The notes under the pieces are model-generated. The model worked only from the letters and a program-made list of their open reading frames with translations. It was not told the DNA's origin and ran no database searches. Shown one piece after another: positions 53,997-63,499 of a stretch of 63,499 bases of DNA. Source of the DNA: Candidatus Aenigmatarchaeota archaeon. GTDB lineage: Archaea > Aenigmatarchaeota > Aenigmatarchaeia > CG10238-14 > SCSR01. Each line of letters begins with the position of its first letter. The first letter of the stretch is position 1. The stretch covers positions 1-63,499 of the forward strand of contig JAWCSL010000003.1 in NCBI GenBank assembly GCA_039090665.1, in the 5' to 3' direction. Position numbers and translations under genes: made by a program.

Positions 53997-56327
53997 TTAG
54001 TGGATTATATTGTGCATTGCTTTCAAATCTTTTTCAAAAACTTTGAGTTCTTCAGGAATTTCAACTTCAATATTATCTTTGAGAGAAAGTCCTTTTTCTT
54101 TCTTTAAATTCCAAACTTTAGAATTAAACTCAACAATCTTTTCAGTAAGCTTTTCTAGTTCACTTTTCCACTCAGGTTTTGGAAAGTTTTGCAAGTGAAT
54201 CGATTCTTTGTTGTAAAGTTCTAACCATATCTTTTCTGTTATGAAAGGAGTTATGGGGGCAAGCAGAAGCAAAATGTTCTTAAGACAAGTATGTAAAGTG
54301 AACCAAGCAGCCTCTTGCTCTTCTTTTGTAAAACCTTGACCATAAGCTCTTGGTTTAACCATTTCTAGATAGTGGGAAGCAAACAAATTCCAAGCAAATT
54401 CTCTTATTTTTGTGGCAGGAATAAAGAAGTTGAAATCTTCGTATCCTTTCAGACATTCTTCTATCAATTTGCTGAGTTCAGCCAAAATCCATTTATCAGT
54501 TTCGGTAAGATTTGCTTTTTGTGGTTGTGGGAAGGAAGAAATAAACCTTGCTATGTTCCAGAGCTTGGTCAAAAACTTTGAAGCAGAAGCGATTCTTTCT
54601 TCCGAACATCTGAAATCATATCCTAGGCTAACTTCAGAAGCACTCCAAAATCTGAAGTTGTCCGCACCATATTTCTCCAAAATAGGCAAAGGATCTATAA
54701 CATTGCCTTTACTTTTACTCATCCTTTCTCCTTTTTCATCAACACCATATCCCATTATCCAGGCATGTTGCCAAGCCTCTATTCCTGTGAGTTGGTAGCA
54801 TCTTAGCAAAGTATAATATAGCCAAGTCCTTACTATATCTTTTGCTTGTGGTCTTAAACTATTTGGGAAAGTTTTCTTAAAGAATTCCTCATCTCTTAAA
54901 AATTTTGAAATGAACAAGGGTGTGATGCTTGAGTCAAACCAAGTATCAAAAGTTCTGGTTTCACCTTCAAATTCTTTCCCATCACAATATTTACACTTCT
55001 CGAAAGGAGGTTTTTCTTTCCAAGGTTGGTAATATTTTCCAGGTTTTGGTAGGTTCGGCTTACCACATTTCTTGCAATACCATACAGGAACTTCTGTTCC
55101 ATAGTATCTTCTCCTAGAAATTGGCCAGTCTATGGTAACAGAATTAATCCAGTTATAAAGGATTTGTCTATGTTGCTCAGGATGAAATATAATCCTTTCA
55201 GCTATTTTTTTCACATCTTCCAAAAAAGGTAATTGTTTGAGATAAAATTCATCTAAAGATATAATTTCTATTGGTGTTTTGCTTCTTTCACAAACTGGCG
55301 TGCGGTGGAGTATATTTTCTTTCTTTTCAATTAGTCCTTCAGCTTCTAAATCTTCGATGATCTTCTTTCTTGCTTCTTTGACCTCAAGTCCAGCATACTT
55401 TCCAGCATTTTCATTCATCTTTCCCTCCAGGTTTATAGCTATTATCTCTTTCAAACCAAGCTCTCTAAATAGTCTCACGTCTGTGGTATCACCATAACTA
55501 CAGATCATCACAATTCCAGAGCCAAACTCAGGATTCGCTGCCGGATTTGCGAGAATAGGAACCTCTCTATTATATATAGGTAATACAGCCCTTTTTCCAA
55601 CTAAATGTTTATATCTCCCATCTTCAGGATGGACTAGAATCGCTTGACAAGAACAAATGAGTTCTGGTCTTGTTGTCGCTATTGTTATATACCCCTCTTC
55701 ACCAGCAAGCTTGAACTTAACATAAACAAGTTGTGTTGGCAATTCTTCATAAACAATATCGGCATCTGCTATTGTTGTTCTACAATCCGGACAATAATTG
55801 TTGGGTCTTGTTGCTTGGTATATCAAGCCCTTTTCCCAAAGAATTAAGAAAGTTTCTTGTGTTAGCTTTCTATATTCTTCTGAATCTGTTCTGTAGTAAT
55901 TTTCAAAATCTCCACTCAACCCCATTCTTTTCATTATTTGTATTAGCTCAGCTTCTAAATCATCCAAAGCTGTTTTTGCTAAAGCAATGAATTTTTCTCT
56001 TGGGGTTTCGTGCATTTTTATGTTGAATTTTTTCTCTGTGTATCTTTCGACTGGTACACCATTCCTATCAATCCCAATTGGGAAGAAAACTTCAAATCCA
56101 AACATTCGAGCGGTTCTTGCTATCATGTCTATTTGGGAGTAGTGGGCTGCAGCTCCAATATGCCATGGTCGGCCTGAAGGATAGGGTGGTGGAGTATCTA
56201 TGGAAAAAATCTTTTTGTTAGTTTTGAGGTTGAAAGAGAAAATCTTTTCCTTTTCCCACTTCTTAAATATCTCTTTTTCAATTTCAACATTCCATCTATT
56301 TTCCTTTATTTTTGGTTCAAATGACAT
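53997..56327 (-). CDS. valS: Valyl-tRNA synthetase
   Basis: SIDTPPPYPSG..HIGA, ATTRPE, DWPISRRRYYG, DTWFDSS, RMSKSKGN. Confidence 0.94.
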   Translation of the reverse strand: MSFEPKIKENRWNVEIEKEIFKKWEKEKIFSFNLKTNKKIFSIDTPPPYPSGRPWHIGAAAHYSQIDMIARTARMFGFEVFFPIGIDRNGVPVERYTEKKFNIKMHETPREKFIALAKTALDDLEAELIQIMKRMGLSGDFENYYRTDSEEYRKLTQETFLILWEKGLIYQATRPNNYCPDCRTTIADADIVYEELPTQLVYVKFKLAGEEGYITIATTRPELICSCQAILVHPEDGRYKHLVGKRAVLPIYNREVPILANPAANPEFGSGIVMICSYGDTTDVRLFRELGLKEIIAINLEGKMNENAGKYAGLEVKEARKKIIEDLEAEGLIEKKENILHRTPVCERSKTPIEIISLDEFYLKQLPFLEDVKKIAERIIFHPEQHRQILYNWINSVTIDWPISRRRYYGTEVPVWYCKKCGKPNLPKPGKYYQPWKEKPPFEKCKYCDGKEFEGETRTFDTWFDSSITPLFISKFLRDEEFFKKTFPNSLRPQAKDIVRTWLYYTLLRCYQLTGIEAWQHAWIMGYGVDEKGERMSKSKGNVIDPLPILEKYGADNFRFWSASEVSLGYDFRCSEERIASASKFLTKLWNIARFISSFPQPQKANLTETDKWILAELSKLIEECLKGYEDFNFFIPATKIREFAWNLFASHYLEMVKPRAYGQGFTKEEQEAAWFTLHTCLKNILLLLAPITPFITEKIWLELYNKESIHLQNFPKPEWKSELEKLTEKIVEFNSKVWNLKKEKGLSLKDNIEVEIPEELKVFEKDLKAMHNIIH

Positions 56328-56659
56328 TTCCTCTACCTCTCAATTAGAATTAATTTTATAAATAGAAGTAGATAAAAGTCAAAGCTGTACCCGACGATCG
56401 CCCTTCATTTGCCTCAAAATAGTTTTAGTGTTTTAGAAAATTTAAATCTTTTAGTTTTTTTAAGAGATGCAAAAAGAAATTGTCTTTATTCAAAGCTTCT
56501 TAGCGCTTTCAATCTCTTTCTTAACATTCCTATTAAGTTGAATGTGCTTCAAAAATATCTCTTTAGCTCTTGAGCCATTCATCATGTTTGAGCCAAATTT
56601 TCTCAGAAATTTATCATTTCTTTCTCAACTATTTTAATTTGAAAATCAAAATTAAAATT

Positions 56660-57136
56660 GTGAAACATCCATTCAAAATAGGCTTCAGCTTTGGTTTGAC
56701 TTCAGGAATAATCACAACTCTGGGCTTAATAGTTGGTCTTCACTCAGGAACTCATTCTACTCTAGCAATAATTGGAGGGATTCTTACAATAGCAATAGCT
56801 GACGCCTTTTCAGATGCTTTAGGAATTCACATTTCAGAAGAATCTGAGAACAAGCATAGTGAAAAAGAGATATGGCAGTCAACTGCTTCAACTTTTCTTT
56901 CCAAGTTTGTTTTTGCTTCAACTTTCATCGTACCAGTACTTCTCTTTGAGCTCACGACTGCAATTCTTGTTAGTGTGGCTTGGGGATTGTCTTTGTTAAG
57001 TTTGCTTAGTTATCATATGGCAAAGAAACAGAAGAAGAAAGCCTGGAAAGTTATAGCAGAGCATTTAATCATTGCTTTTGTTGTCATTATGGCAACACAT
57101 TTAATCGGTGATTGGGTTAGCTTAACTTTTGGTTAA
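56660..57136 (+). CDS. VIT1/CCC1-like membrane protein
   Basis: FGLTSGIITTLGL, IADAFSDALGIHISEES; GTG start at 56660 inferred. Confidence 0.75.
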   Translation: MKHPFKIGFSFGLTSGIITTLGLIVGLHSGTHSTLAIIGGILTIAIADAFSDALGIHISEESENKHSEKEIWQSTASTFLSKFVFASTFIVPVLLFELTTAILVSVAWGLSLLSLLSYHMAKKQKKKAWKVIAEHLIIAFVVIMATHLIGDWVSLTFG

Positions 57137-57792
57137 GTTTGTTCCAGATTAAAAATAGCAACTTTGCCATACATATTGTCATAAACAGTTAAAGATGAGG
57201 GCTTTTCTCCGATATTTTTTAGTTCTTCAATATCAACAATTTTTGGAGAAGAATAAATGGAAACACTATAACTCCTATTATTTTTTATCGGAGTTTCTTT
57301 CAATTCAGTTAATTTATAGCCCATTTCTTCTAGCTTTTTGATAGTTTTCTCGAACTCTCGATTTTTTGGCACAAAAGTCTGAGAAGGTTGTGTAAAAAGA
57401 GTAGTAGTGTCCATTAAAATATCTTCTAAAGTGCCCAATGTCGTGGGAAAGACAAACCCAGAGCTTCTCATTCTTTTGGAAAAAAGGGTTTCAAATCCCT
57501 CCCACAAAGCTAGACTTAAGAGAGTCAGCATCTTTGGAGAATATCTATGAAAATTGCTAGGATAAGTAAGGAAAAGTTTGTTGAATATTGAAGAATTAGA
57601 AAAAAGGCTATTCCCAAAAGAAGTATCTTTGAGTTTAATTGCAATTTCGTCAATTTTATATACAATTCTCTCTACAGCTCTATAAAGAAGAGAAGCAAGC
57701 ATCGGTCTAAATATTTCATCGATTTGTGGGGTAAACACTTTTAGAGAGCTGATCGTTCTCAAAATAATGATTAATAATTCTCCTAAACCCAA
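57133..57792 (-). CDS. Hypothetical protein
   Basis: 219-aa ORF; no motif recognised. Confidence 0.55.
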   Translation of the reverse strand: MGLGELLIIILRTISSLKVFTPQIDEIFRPMLASLLYRAVERIVYKIDEIAIKLKDTSFGNSLFSNSSIFNKLFLTYPSNFHRYSPKMLTLLSLALWEGFETLFSKRMRSSGFVFPTTLGTLEDILMDTTTLFTQPSQTFVPKNREFEKTIKKLEEMGYKLTELKETPIKNNRSYSVSIYSSPKIVDIEELKNIGEKPSSLTVYDNMYGKVAIFNLEQT

Positions 57793-57926
57793 ATCCCGAG
57801 ATAGAGCCAGCTACAGGTGATATAAGATTGCTTAAGTGTTTCAATTTCTCTAACATTTTCACCAACAGGCTAAAAGAAATAATTGGAGTAAAACTTTTTA
57901 TTTCTTTTCAACTTTAAAATATAATT

Positions 57927-57995
57927 GCCTTGCTCTTAACGCCTCTGTCAAGCGATGAGTCGAGCAAGCAAGGAAACAGATGCACGAGGCAAGGC
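57927..57995 (-). other. GC-rich extended hairpin 5 nt after the stop codon of the large surface-protein gene
   Basis: GCCTTGC/GCAAGGC, GTGC/GCGT and TCTGTT/GACAGA helices on the minus strand. Confidence 0.5.
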
Positions 57996-58000
57996 CACAC

Positions 58001-60262
58001 TCAACAATCTCTTCCAAACCATTCAGGTTTTCTTCTATTTCTCCTGAATTTCATTAAGTCTAGAAGCCAAAGAATCAGTAAAGCTAGCAAGAAGACTATC
58101 AAAATTATTAAGACAACCCAGGCAACATCTGATAAAACAAAGCGGCCAGTTGGTGCTACTTCTTTTTTCTCAACCTCCGCTTCAACACAAGGTAAAGTTG
58201 TTGTAGTTGTGGTAGGTTTAGGCAAACAATTCCCACTTAAACAACCATAGCCACAATATTCCACATAAACCCAACCAGTGGAGCAGTCTGAATATCTATA
58301 AAGCTGGAGCTTCCAATTGCCTGAGCACTTGAACTCTTCCAAGAATTTAGCAACACATTTAGCTTCTTTTTCTCTTACTGAAAAAACTCCTGAATAAGCT
58401 ACACCACTTTTATCACAACCAGTATAAGAAACTTTAACTTCATAGTTGCCAGCTTCATAAACTCTGGCACTACATGTAAAACTTCTACTGCTTTGGCCAG
58501 GAACATAAACCGTTGGGTCGATAGAACCATCACAACTCATAGGTATGCAGTAAGGATCAGATTTGCAAACATAAGCATCAAAGCTCACATAACCACCAGC
58601 ATCACCTGAATTGCTTATTTTTACTGTAGCACTCACTGTCTCACCAACTTTAACATTAGCAGGTGTTGTAACGCTTATGCTTATCTTACAAGGCTCTTCC
58701 GGCTTAGGTAAGCAACTTCCATCTGAGCAGCCATAGGCACAGTATTCCCAATTCACCCAGCTTGTTGAACAATCTGAATACTGGTATTTTCTTTGGACCC
58801 AACTTCCTGAGCATCTGTACTCATTCAAATATCTAGGCTCACACTCGATTGTTTTCACACAGTATCCTGCTTGACATGTGTAGCCTGAAGCACAACCTTG
58901 GTAGCAAGTGCCTATAACAACCCATCTCCTTTCTCTAACAACATAAGTGCAAGTTACTCCAATGCAAGTGTAATCCCTATATTCTTGCTCTTTTTCTTTT
59001 GTCCCTACTCCACATTCTAAGCCGTAAAGATTACATCTCTCCCTACCAGTATCATACCATCCATCTTTCTCTAAAACACAATAACCATTTTCACAAACAT
59101 AGCCTGAAGGACAGTTTTCAACAACAGTGTACCAACCTGAGCCATCTTCTTTACACTTTTCATAGGCGACTTGTGTTGAAGAAACACAATATCTATTCCT
59201 AATTTCTCCTGGAATACAGACTTGAATTGAGCTCAAGACTAAATCAACCCTTCTAGTTTCACCACAAGAACAACTCACGATCTTACTATCAGAGTTGTAT
59301 CCAGGTTTACTCCCACTAACAGTATGAGTGCCAACAACAACTTGTTGTGTTGTGTGGGAAGTGTAGGCTATGTAGTTTCCATCAACATAGACATTAGCAC
59401 TCAAAGGATTTCCATATTCATCTTTGACATAAATATCAAGGTAGCAATACTGAATTGTTGTTGGTTGATAAACTAAAAAACTTGCTATAGAAGAACCTTC
59501 TGTACAACCGTCTATCTTTGAAACAGCTTTTACAGTATGTGAGCCAGGAGAAATTGAATAAGGAGTTTTGTAAGAGTATGAATAATAACCGTAAGAGTCT
59601 GTGTAAGTTGAGCCTATGTAATTACCATCAAGGTAAAGGTAAACTGTTGGGTCAATTTGGAAAGTAGAAACTGTAACTCTTCCAGAAATTTGTATGTAGT
59701 CTCCTTGATAAATTGTGGTTGGATTTACTGCAACTGTAACAACAGTGTTACAAGGTTGTTGATAAGATTCGACAACCTCAACTTTAGCAGTCCAACAAAA
59801 ACAAGGATCTACTTGAGCAACTTCATAGCAATCGCTGCTTACTCTCACTTCAACTATCCCAGTATAAGGAGAATATTCTCCCAAATCGTATTCAGCATAA
59901 CCAAAATCACTTGCAACTCTATAGCCAGAAGAATAGCAGCTTGGAGCTGTGGAAGCCCATGCTTGCTGCCAGTTTTCTGGTGAATAAGGAAGACCGTCCA
60001 AATTCACATACTTTCCATTGACTTTTATCCACGCAGTGAAACATCTCGGATATCTATCACCCATTGAATTGTATACTGTAACACCAATTCTTCTAGCATT
60101 GTTAACATAAAACACAGCAGACTTACTTCTATAAGTTTCATGACTCGCATCACAAACAGCTCTTCCTACCTCTGGTAAAATCAAGAGGATAACTAAAGCT
60201 AAAATCAAAGCTTTAATTTTCATGATTATGGTATGGAAAGAAAACTTTAAATCCTTTACCAC
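58001..60262 (-). CDS. Large Cys-rich membrane-anchored surface protein (probable start 60223)
   Basis: Signal peptide, Ig/PEGA/CARDB-like segments, repeated CSG.W..Q.Y.YSDCS..WV..EYC.YGC modules, Thr linker, C-terminal TM. Confidence 0.85.
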   Translation of the reverse strand: MVKDLKFSFHTIIMKIKALILALVILLILPEVGRAVCDASHETYRSKSAVFYVNNARRIGVTVYNSMGDRYPRCFTAWIKVNGKYVNLDGLPYSPENWQQAWASTAPSCYSSGYRVASDFGYAEYDLGEYSPYTGIVEVRVSSDCYEVAQVDPCFCWTAKVEVVESYQQPCNTVVTVAVNPTTIYQGDYIQISGRVTVSTFQIDPTVYLYLDGNYIGSTYTDSYGYYSYSYKTPYSISPGSHTVKAVSKIDGCTEGSSIASFLVYQPTTIQYCYLDIYVKDEYGNPLSANVYVDGNYIAYTSHTTQQVVVGTHTVSGSKPGYNSDSKIVSCSCGETRRVDLVLSSIQVCIPGEIRNRYCVSSTQVAYEKCKEDGSGWYTVVENCPSGYVCENGYCVLEKDGWYDTGRERCNLYGLECGVGTKEKEQEYRDYTCIGVTCTYVVRERRWVVIGTCYQGCASGYTCQAGYCVKTIECEPRYLNEYRCSGSWVQRKYQYSDCSTSWVNWEYCAYGCSDGSCLPKPEEPCKISISVTTPANVKVGETVSATVKISNSGDAGGYVSFDAYVCKSDPYCIPMSCDGSIDPTVYVPGQSSRSFTCSARVYEAGNYEVKVSYTGCDKSGVAYSGVFSVREKEAKCVAKFLEEFKCSGNWKLQLYRYSDCSTGWVYVEYCGYGCLSGNCLPKPTTTTTTLPCVEAEVEKKEVAPTGRFVLSDVAWVVLIILIVFLLALLILWLLDLMKFRRNRRKPEWFGRDC

Positions 60263-60316
60263 CAGAAGTTAATAAAACTTTTTTTGATGGAAAAAACCAA
60301 TTAATCAATAGAGAAA

Positions 60317-61027
60317 ATGATAATAGCTGCAACTAGCGATGTTCATTCACCACGCTACTTTGAAGATTTTGTTAAAGCTGTTGATAATCTTCAAGCTAAA
60401 CCACAGCTCATGTTTTTGCTAGGTGATATGATAGACAGAGGTCAAGTAGAAGAATATGAAAGAATTCTCAACGCTTTTTTCGGAAAAATCACTTGTCCCA
60501 TAATAGCTTGTTTTGGAAACAATGAATATGGGGAACTAAGAGAGCAGCTAAAACAAAAGTATAGAGAAGTGAAATTCTTGGATGATGAAGCTACTATGGT
60601 TCAGGTCGGTTCTCTTACCGTGGGAATAGTAGGAACAACAGGAAGCTTAGATGAGCCAACAAGATGGCAAAAAGCGAATATTCCAAACATAGAGAATATT
60701 TACCGTTCAAGAGTTGCCTTGGTTGATAACTTACTTCAGAGGATGAAGACGAACATCTCAATTCTACTAACTCACTATGCACCAACTTACAAGATTTTAG
60801 AAGGAGAAAATCCAAATTTCTACAAAAACATGGGCTCAGTAGCTTATGAGCAAGTTTTGATAAAAAGGAAGCCAACCTTAGTTTTAACAGGCCATTCTCA
60901 CAAGGGTTTAAAGAGCACTTGGGTAGATACAGTGCCAATATTCAATGTAGCTTTGCCCTTGAACAAACAGATAGTAGTTATAGACACTGAGAAAGATTTG
61001 AAACCAGGGATAGCAAAGTTCATTTAG
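60317..61027 (+). CDS. Calcineurin-like metallophosphoesterase
   Basis: SDVH, GDMID, GNNE, THYAP, GHSH. Confidence 0.9.
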   Translation: MIIAATSDVHSPRYFEDFVKAVDNLQAKPQLMFLLGDMIDRGQVEEYERILNAFFGKITCPIIACFGNNEYGELREQLKQKYREVKFLDDEATMVQVGSLTVGIVGTTGSLDEPTRWQKANIPNIENIYRSRVALVDNLLQRMKTNISILLTHYAPTYKILEGENPNFYKNMGSVAYEQVLIKRKPTLVLTGHSHKGLKSTWVDTVPIFNVALPLNKQIVVIDTEKDLKPGIAKFI

Positions 61028-61304
61028 ATTTCTTCAAAAATTTAGAAATTTTGTCTTTCAAGTGGCAAAATAAATCATTAGCTATAGTACCGAGGCTTAT
61101 GTTCAATAATGCAACTTGACCTGTTAAACTGGCAAAAAAAGCACCTACTGCTCCAATATAAGCATGATGGATCTTAATCTTTTTCTTACCGTTTGCTATG
61201 AATAACCTAAGCTTGGGAAAATTTCTTGTCACAATTTCTGTTATTATAAAGCCTAGGCTGAAGATGAGAAAATCAAACTGAAAGCTTTCAGCTAAGCTTA
61301 TCAT
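61020..61304 (-). CDS. Small membrane protein
   Basis: Hydrophobic; IHHAYIG motif. Confidence 0.6.
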   Translation of the reverse strand: MISLAESFQFDFLIFSLGFIITEIVTRNFPKLRLFIANGKKKIKIHHAYIGAVGAFFASLTGQVALLNISLGTIANDLFCHLKDKISKFLKKSK

Positions 61305-61409
61305 TTAAAATGGAATTTAGTTTTTGAGAATATAAAATTTAAACTTTACTTTTCTTCTATAACTCGACAGTAGTAAAGGATTTAAAGTTAAGTGTATATT
61401 GAAATATGT

Positions 61410-61748
61410 ATGGCAGAAGAAAGAGACTGGAAAGATTGCTTGAATGAAGCTGATAGAGAAATCTTAGCTCAGCTCATAGATTCCACTAAAAAACACAAGT
61501 GTGCTTTCATGCAAGCTGAAGACGTGAAGGTGGCTCAGCTCTGGTGTGCCCTAGTTGAGATGAGAAAGCAAATGATAGAGCTTGAGCAGCTTGTTGGAAA
61601 AGTTGCTGAGCCTTTCAGGGCAATAGTGGAGATGGGCGAAATAGAGAAGAGGAAGACAATAGACAGGATGGTAAGAGAGATTTTGAGACCAGAGCCTGAT
61701 CACGAAGAGGCTACCAAAAAGCTAGTAGACAGCTTGATGAAATTCTAA
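61410..61748 (+). CDS. Hypothetical helical protein
   Basis: DWKDCL...AEDVKVAQLWCAL; native composition. Confidence 0.7.
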   Translation: MAEERDWKDCLNEADREILAQLIDSTKKHKCAFMQAEDVKVAQLWCALVEMRKQMIELEQLVGKVAEPFRAIVEMGEIEKRKTIDRMVREILRPEPDHEEATKKLVDSLMKF

Positions 61749-61796
61749 GCTTTAAAGCTGGGCAAAAATTGAGATTTTGCTAGCTCTTTTTGTTTT

Positions 61797-61958
61797 TTAG
61801 CTTTTAACTCTAAAGCAAGCAGGCAAAGGCCATTGCTTGCTCTTCAAATGATACCTTATGCAAAGGCAACAGATACCATGTCTTTCACAGCTTGTTTCTT
61901 CACAAGGGCAATCTTTTTCATTGATTTCCTTGTTTGGACAAGCTTTCCTCTCAGCCAT
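61797..61958 (-). CDS. Small Cys-rich metal-binding protein (DUF6485-like)
   Basis: Manual translation, 53 aa: MAERKACPNKEINEKDCPCEETSCERHGICCLCIRYHLKSKQWPLPACFRVKS. Not in ORF track. Confidence 0.75.
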   Translation of the reverse strand: MAERKACPNKEINEKDCPCEETSCERHGICCLCIRYHLKSKQWPLPACFRVKS

Positions 61959-61982
61959 AAAATTAATTTTGAAACTTTTAGT

Positions 61983-62318
61983 TTAAAAACACCATTGGGG
62001 ATTTTCTTTTATGACCAAATTTCTTCCTAAGGCTGAAGCAAAATCTTTAAGGATTTCTTCTGCTTCTTCCTTTTCATACCAATAAACTGCAAGCCCGTTT
62101 TTACCATAGAGCAAAGAAAGCAAGCCCGGCTTTACTTTATGTTTAAATTTCCTTTCTACAGTTTTTCTTTCATCATCATATTCTTCTTTCAACTCTACTG
62201 CTTCCTCAAACCCATACCTTTTCAAAATTTCTACTAAAAGTTCAACTTTCTCTTCTATTTTCTCCTCTTCTATTTCAAAACTAGAGTGTGAAATATGGTA
62301 AATAACTTTGAGACTCAT
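61983..62318 (-). CDS. Hypothetical acidic protein
   Basis: 111-aa ORF; no motif recognised. Confidence 0.55.
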   Translation of the reverse strand: MSLKVIYHISHSSFEIEEEKIEEKVELLVEILKRYGFEEAVELKEEYDDERKTVERKFKHKVKPGLLSLLYGKNGLAVYWYEKEEAEEILKDFASALGRNLVIKENPQWCF

Positions 62319-62348
62319 TTTTAATTTTTTGTTAAAAAACTTTAAATT

Positions 62349-63011
62349 ATGAAGTGGGACAAAAGAGCTTGGGATAAAATCTTCAAGAAAGAGGGAAAAC
62401 CGTATAAGAAGATCCTCAAGGATATGAGGAAAATTGTGAAATTTTTCAAGAAAAGAAATGTAAAAAGAATTCTTGATCTAGGCTGTGGCACAGGAAGGCA
62501 TTTAGTTTACTTGGCAAAGCAAGGTTTTGAAGTTTATGGCCTTGATATTTCTGAGCAGGGAATAAAAATAGCTAGGAAATATCTTAAAAAAGAAAAAGTT
62601 GAAGGAAAGCTTAAGGTTGGTGACATTTACAAGAAGCTACCTTATGAAGATGATTTTTTCGATGCCATAGTTAGCACTAAAGTCATACACCACGCTGACA
62701 TAGAGAACATAAGGAAATTGATAAGAGAAATGGAGAGAATTCTCAAGCCAAGTGGCTTAATTTTCATAACCGTTGATAAAAAAAAGCCAAAAAAAGAAAT
62801 ACCAAAAGAAAAGCTTTGGAAAATAAAATTCATAGCACCGAGAACTTTCATGCCATTAACAGGTCCAGAGAAAGGAATGATTCACTTTTGGTTCAACAAG
62901 AAACTTTTGAGAAAAGAGTTCAAGAATTTCAAGATTTACGATATTTGGATTGATTCAGAAGACCATTATGCTTTATTAGGAGAGCTAAAAGATGGACCGG
63001 CCGGGATTTGA
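62349..63011 (+). CDS. Class I SAM methyltransferase
   Basis: ILDLGCGTGRH, LPYEDDFFDAIV, ILKPSG. Confidence 0.9.
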   Translation: MKWDKRAWDKIFKKEGKPYKKILKDMRKIVKFFKKRNVKRILDLGCGTGRHLVYLAKQGFEVYGLDISEQGIKIARKYLKKEKVEGKLKVGDIYKKLPYEDDFFDAIVSTKVIHHADIENIRKLIREMERILKPSGLIFITVDKKKPKKEIPKEKLWKIKFIAPRTFMPLTGPEKGMIHFWFNKKLLRKEFKNFKIYDIWIDSEDHYALLGELKDGPAGI

Positions 63012-63064
63012 ACCCGGAGCCCTCTCCTTGCGAAGGAGACGATCTACCATTGATCTACCGGCCC
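62993..63064 (-). tRNA. tRNA-Ala(CGC)
   Basis: G3-U70, stem TCTCC/GGAGA, loop TTCGCAA. Confidence 0.95.
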
Positions 63065-63128
63065 CTCAATAAAACATAAGTAAAAATAAGATAATATAAG
63101 ATAATATTAAAATCTATCTATGGAAAAA

Positions 63129-63203
63129 GGGCTCGTAGCTTAGCCTGGTTGGAGCGTTCGCCTGATAAGCGAAAGGTCGGGAGTTCAAATCTCCCCGAGC
63201 CCA
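63129..63203 (+). tRNA. tRNA-Ile(GAU)
   Basis: GGGCTCG/CGAGCCC, stem TTCGC/GCGAA, loop CTGATAA. Confidence 0.95.
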
Positions 63204-63381
63204 CTTGAGCTTAAATTCTTTTCTAAAGTATCTTAAATTATGAAGCTGAGATATTGCTCGCGTTTAGAAAAAAAAAGGCCAGAAGGCAAAGATATAGAGA
63301 AAGAAGTAAATATAGAAAGCTGGAAGAGAAAATAATGGAAAGGTTAAGAAAAGAGATTGAAGAAAAATATGGGGTGAAGCT

Positions 63382-63499
63382 GTGAATTTAAGAATAAACG
63401 GCGAAAGAATTTTTTTGAAAATTCCTGAGATGAAAGATGCGAAAGCAATTTGCAAGTACGCAAACGATAAAGCAATAGCAAGATATACCACAATTCCTC
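63382..63499 (+). CDS. RimJ/RimL-type GNAT, N-terminal part (runs off window end)
   Basis: GTG after GGGGTGA SD: VNLRINGERIFLKIPEMKDAKAICKYANDKAIARYTTIP. Confidence 0.65.
   Translation, partial: MNLRINGERIFLKIPEMKDAKAICKYANDKAIARYTTIP

Noticed and set aside
56140-56180. ValRS HIGH motif reads HIGA, and KMSKS reads RMSKS
   Set aside because: From recall, the PWHIGAAAHY variant occurs in other archaeal ValRS, so it is probably a known subtype; not verified by search.
1055-62851. Numerous antisense or nested ORFs of 60-180 aa in the ORF track
   Set aside because: They are shadow frames of well-supported genes, with Ser/Phe/Leu-biased composition.
63240-63385. Possible ORF frameshifted at an A9 tract before the final GNAT
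   Set aside because: No family is recognisable for the fused product, and a homopolymer error cannot be excluded.
1-63499. CRISPR arrays, IS elements, integrases, alternative genetic code
   Set aside because: I saw no repeat-spacer arrays or transposase/recombinase motifs; core genes end at TAA, TAG and TGA at the expected positions.

Overview
AT-rich archaeal chromosomal window; a small-genome, DPANN-like lineage is my inference from gene content and tight packing. It is mostly housekeeping: rps2, rps8e, rpl37e, aIF2-alpha, aRF1, ValRS, AsnRS, ftsZ, smc/scpA/scpB, oapABC, lhr, nth, glnA, tmk, taw1, a NiFe-hydrogenase locus, RNase P RNA, 11 conventional tRNAs (5 with introns) and one atypical tRNA. 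I found no CRISPR array, transposase or integrase. The best candidate for an undescribed system is an asparagine locus (8.3-11.4 kb): intron-containing tRNA-Asn, asnS, a second malformed tRNA with a GUU anticodon on an Asp-like body sitting in the asnS leader, an Asn-Asn micro-ORF with its own TATA/SD, an archaeal AsnRS-like Asn synthetase, and a stand-alone Lrp/AsnC ligand-binding domain. Other strong leads are a ~180-nt structured RNA with two identical ACAC-loop hairpins upstream of an orphan lysW, an aRF1 with GGM in place of GGQ, a minimal two-subunit group-3b-like hydrogenase, and a short-armed 829-aa SMC coupled to an unannotated RHH gene. All family assignments are motif recognition by eye; no searches or folding programs were run. 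The ORF track gives 1611..2405 as '+', but that protein is encoded on the minus strand.
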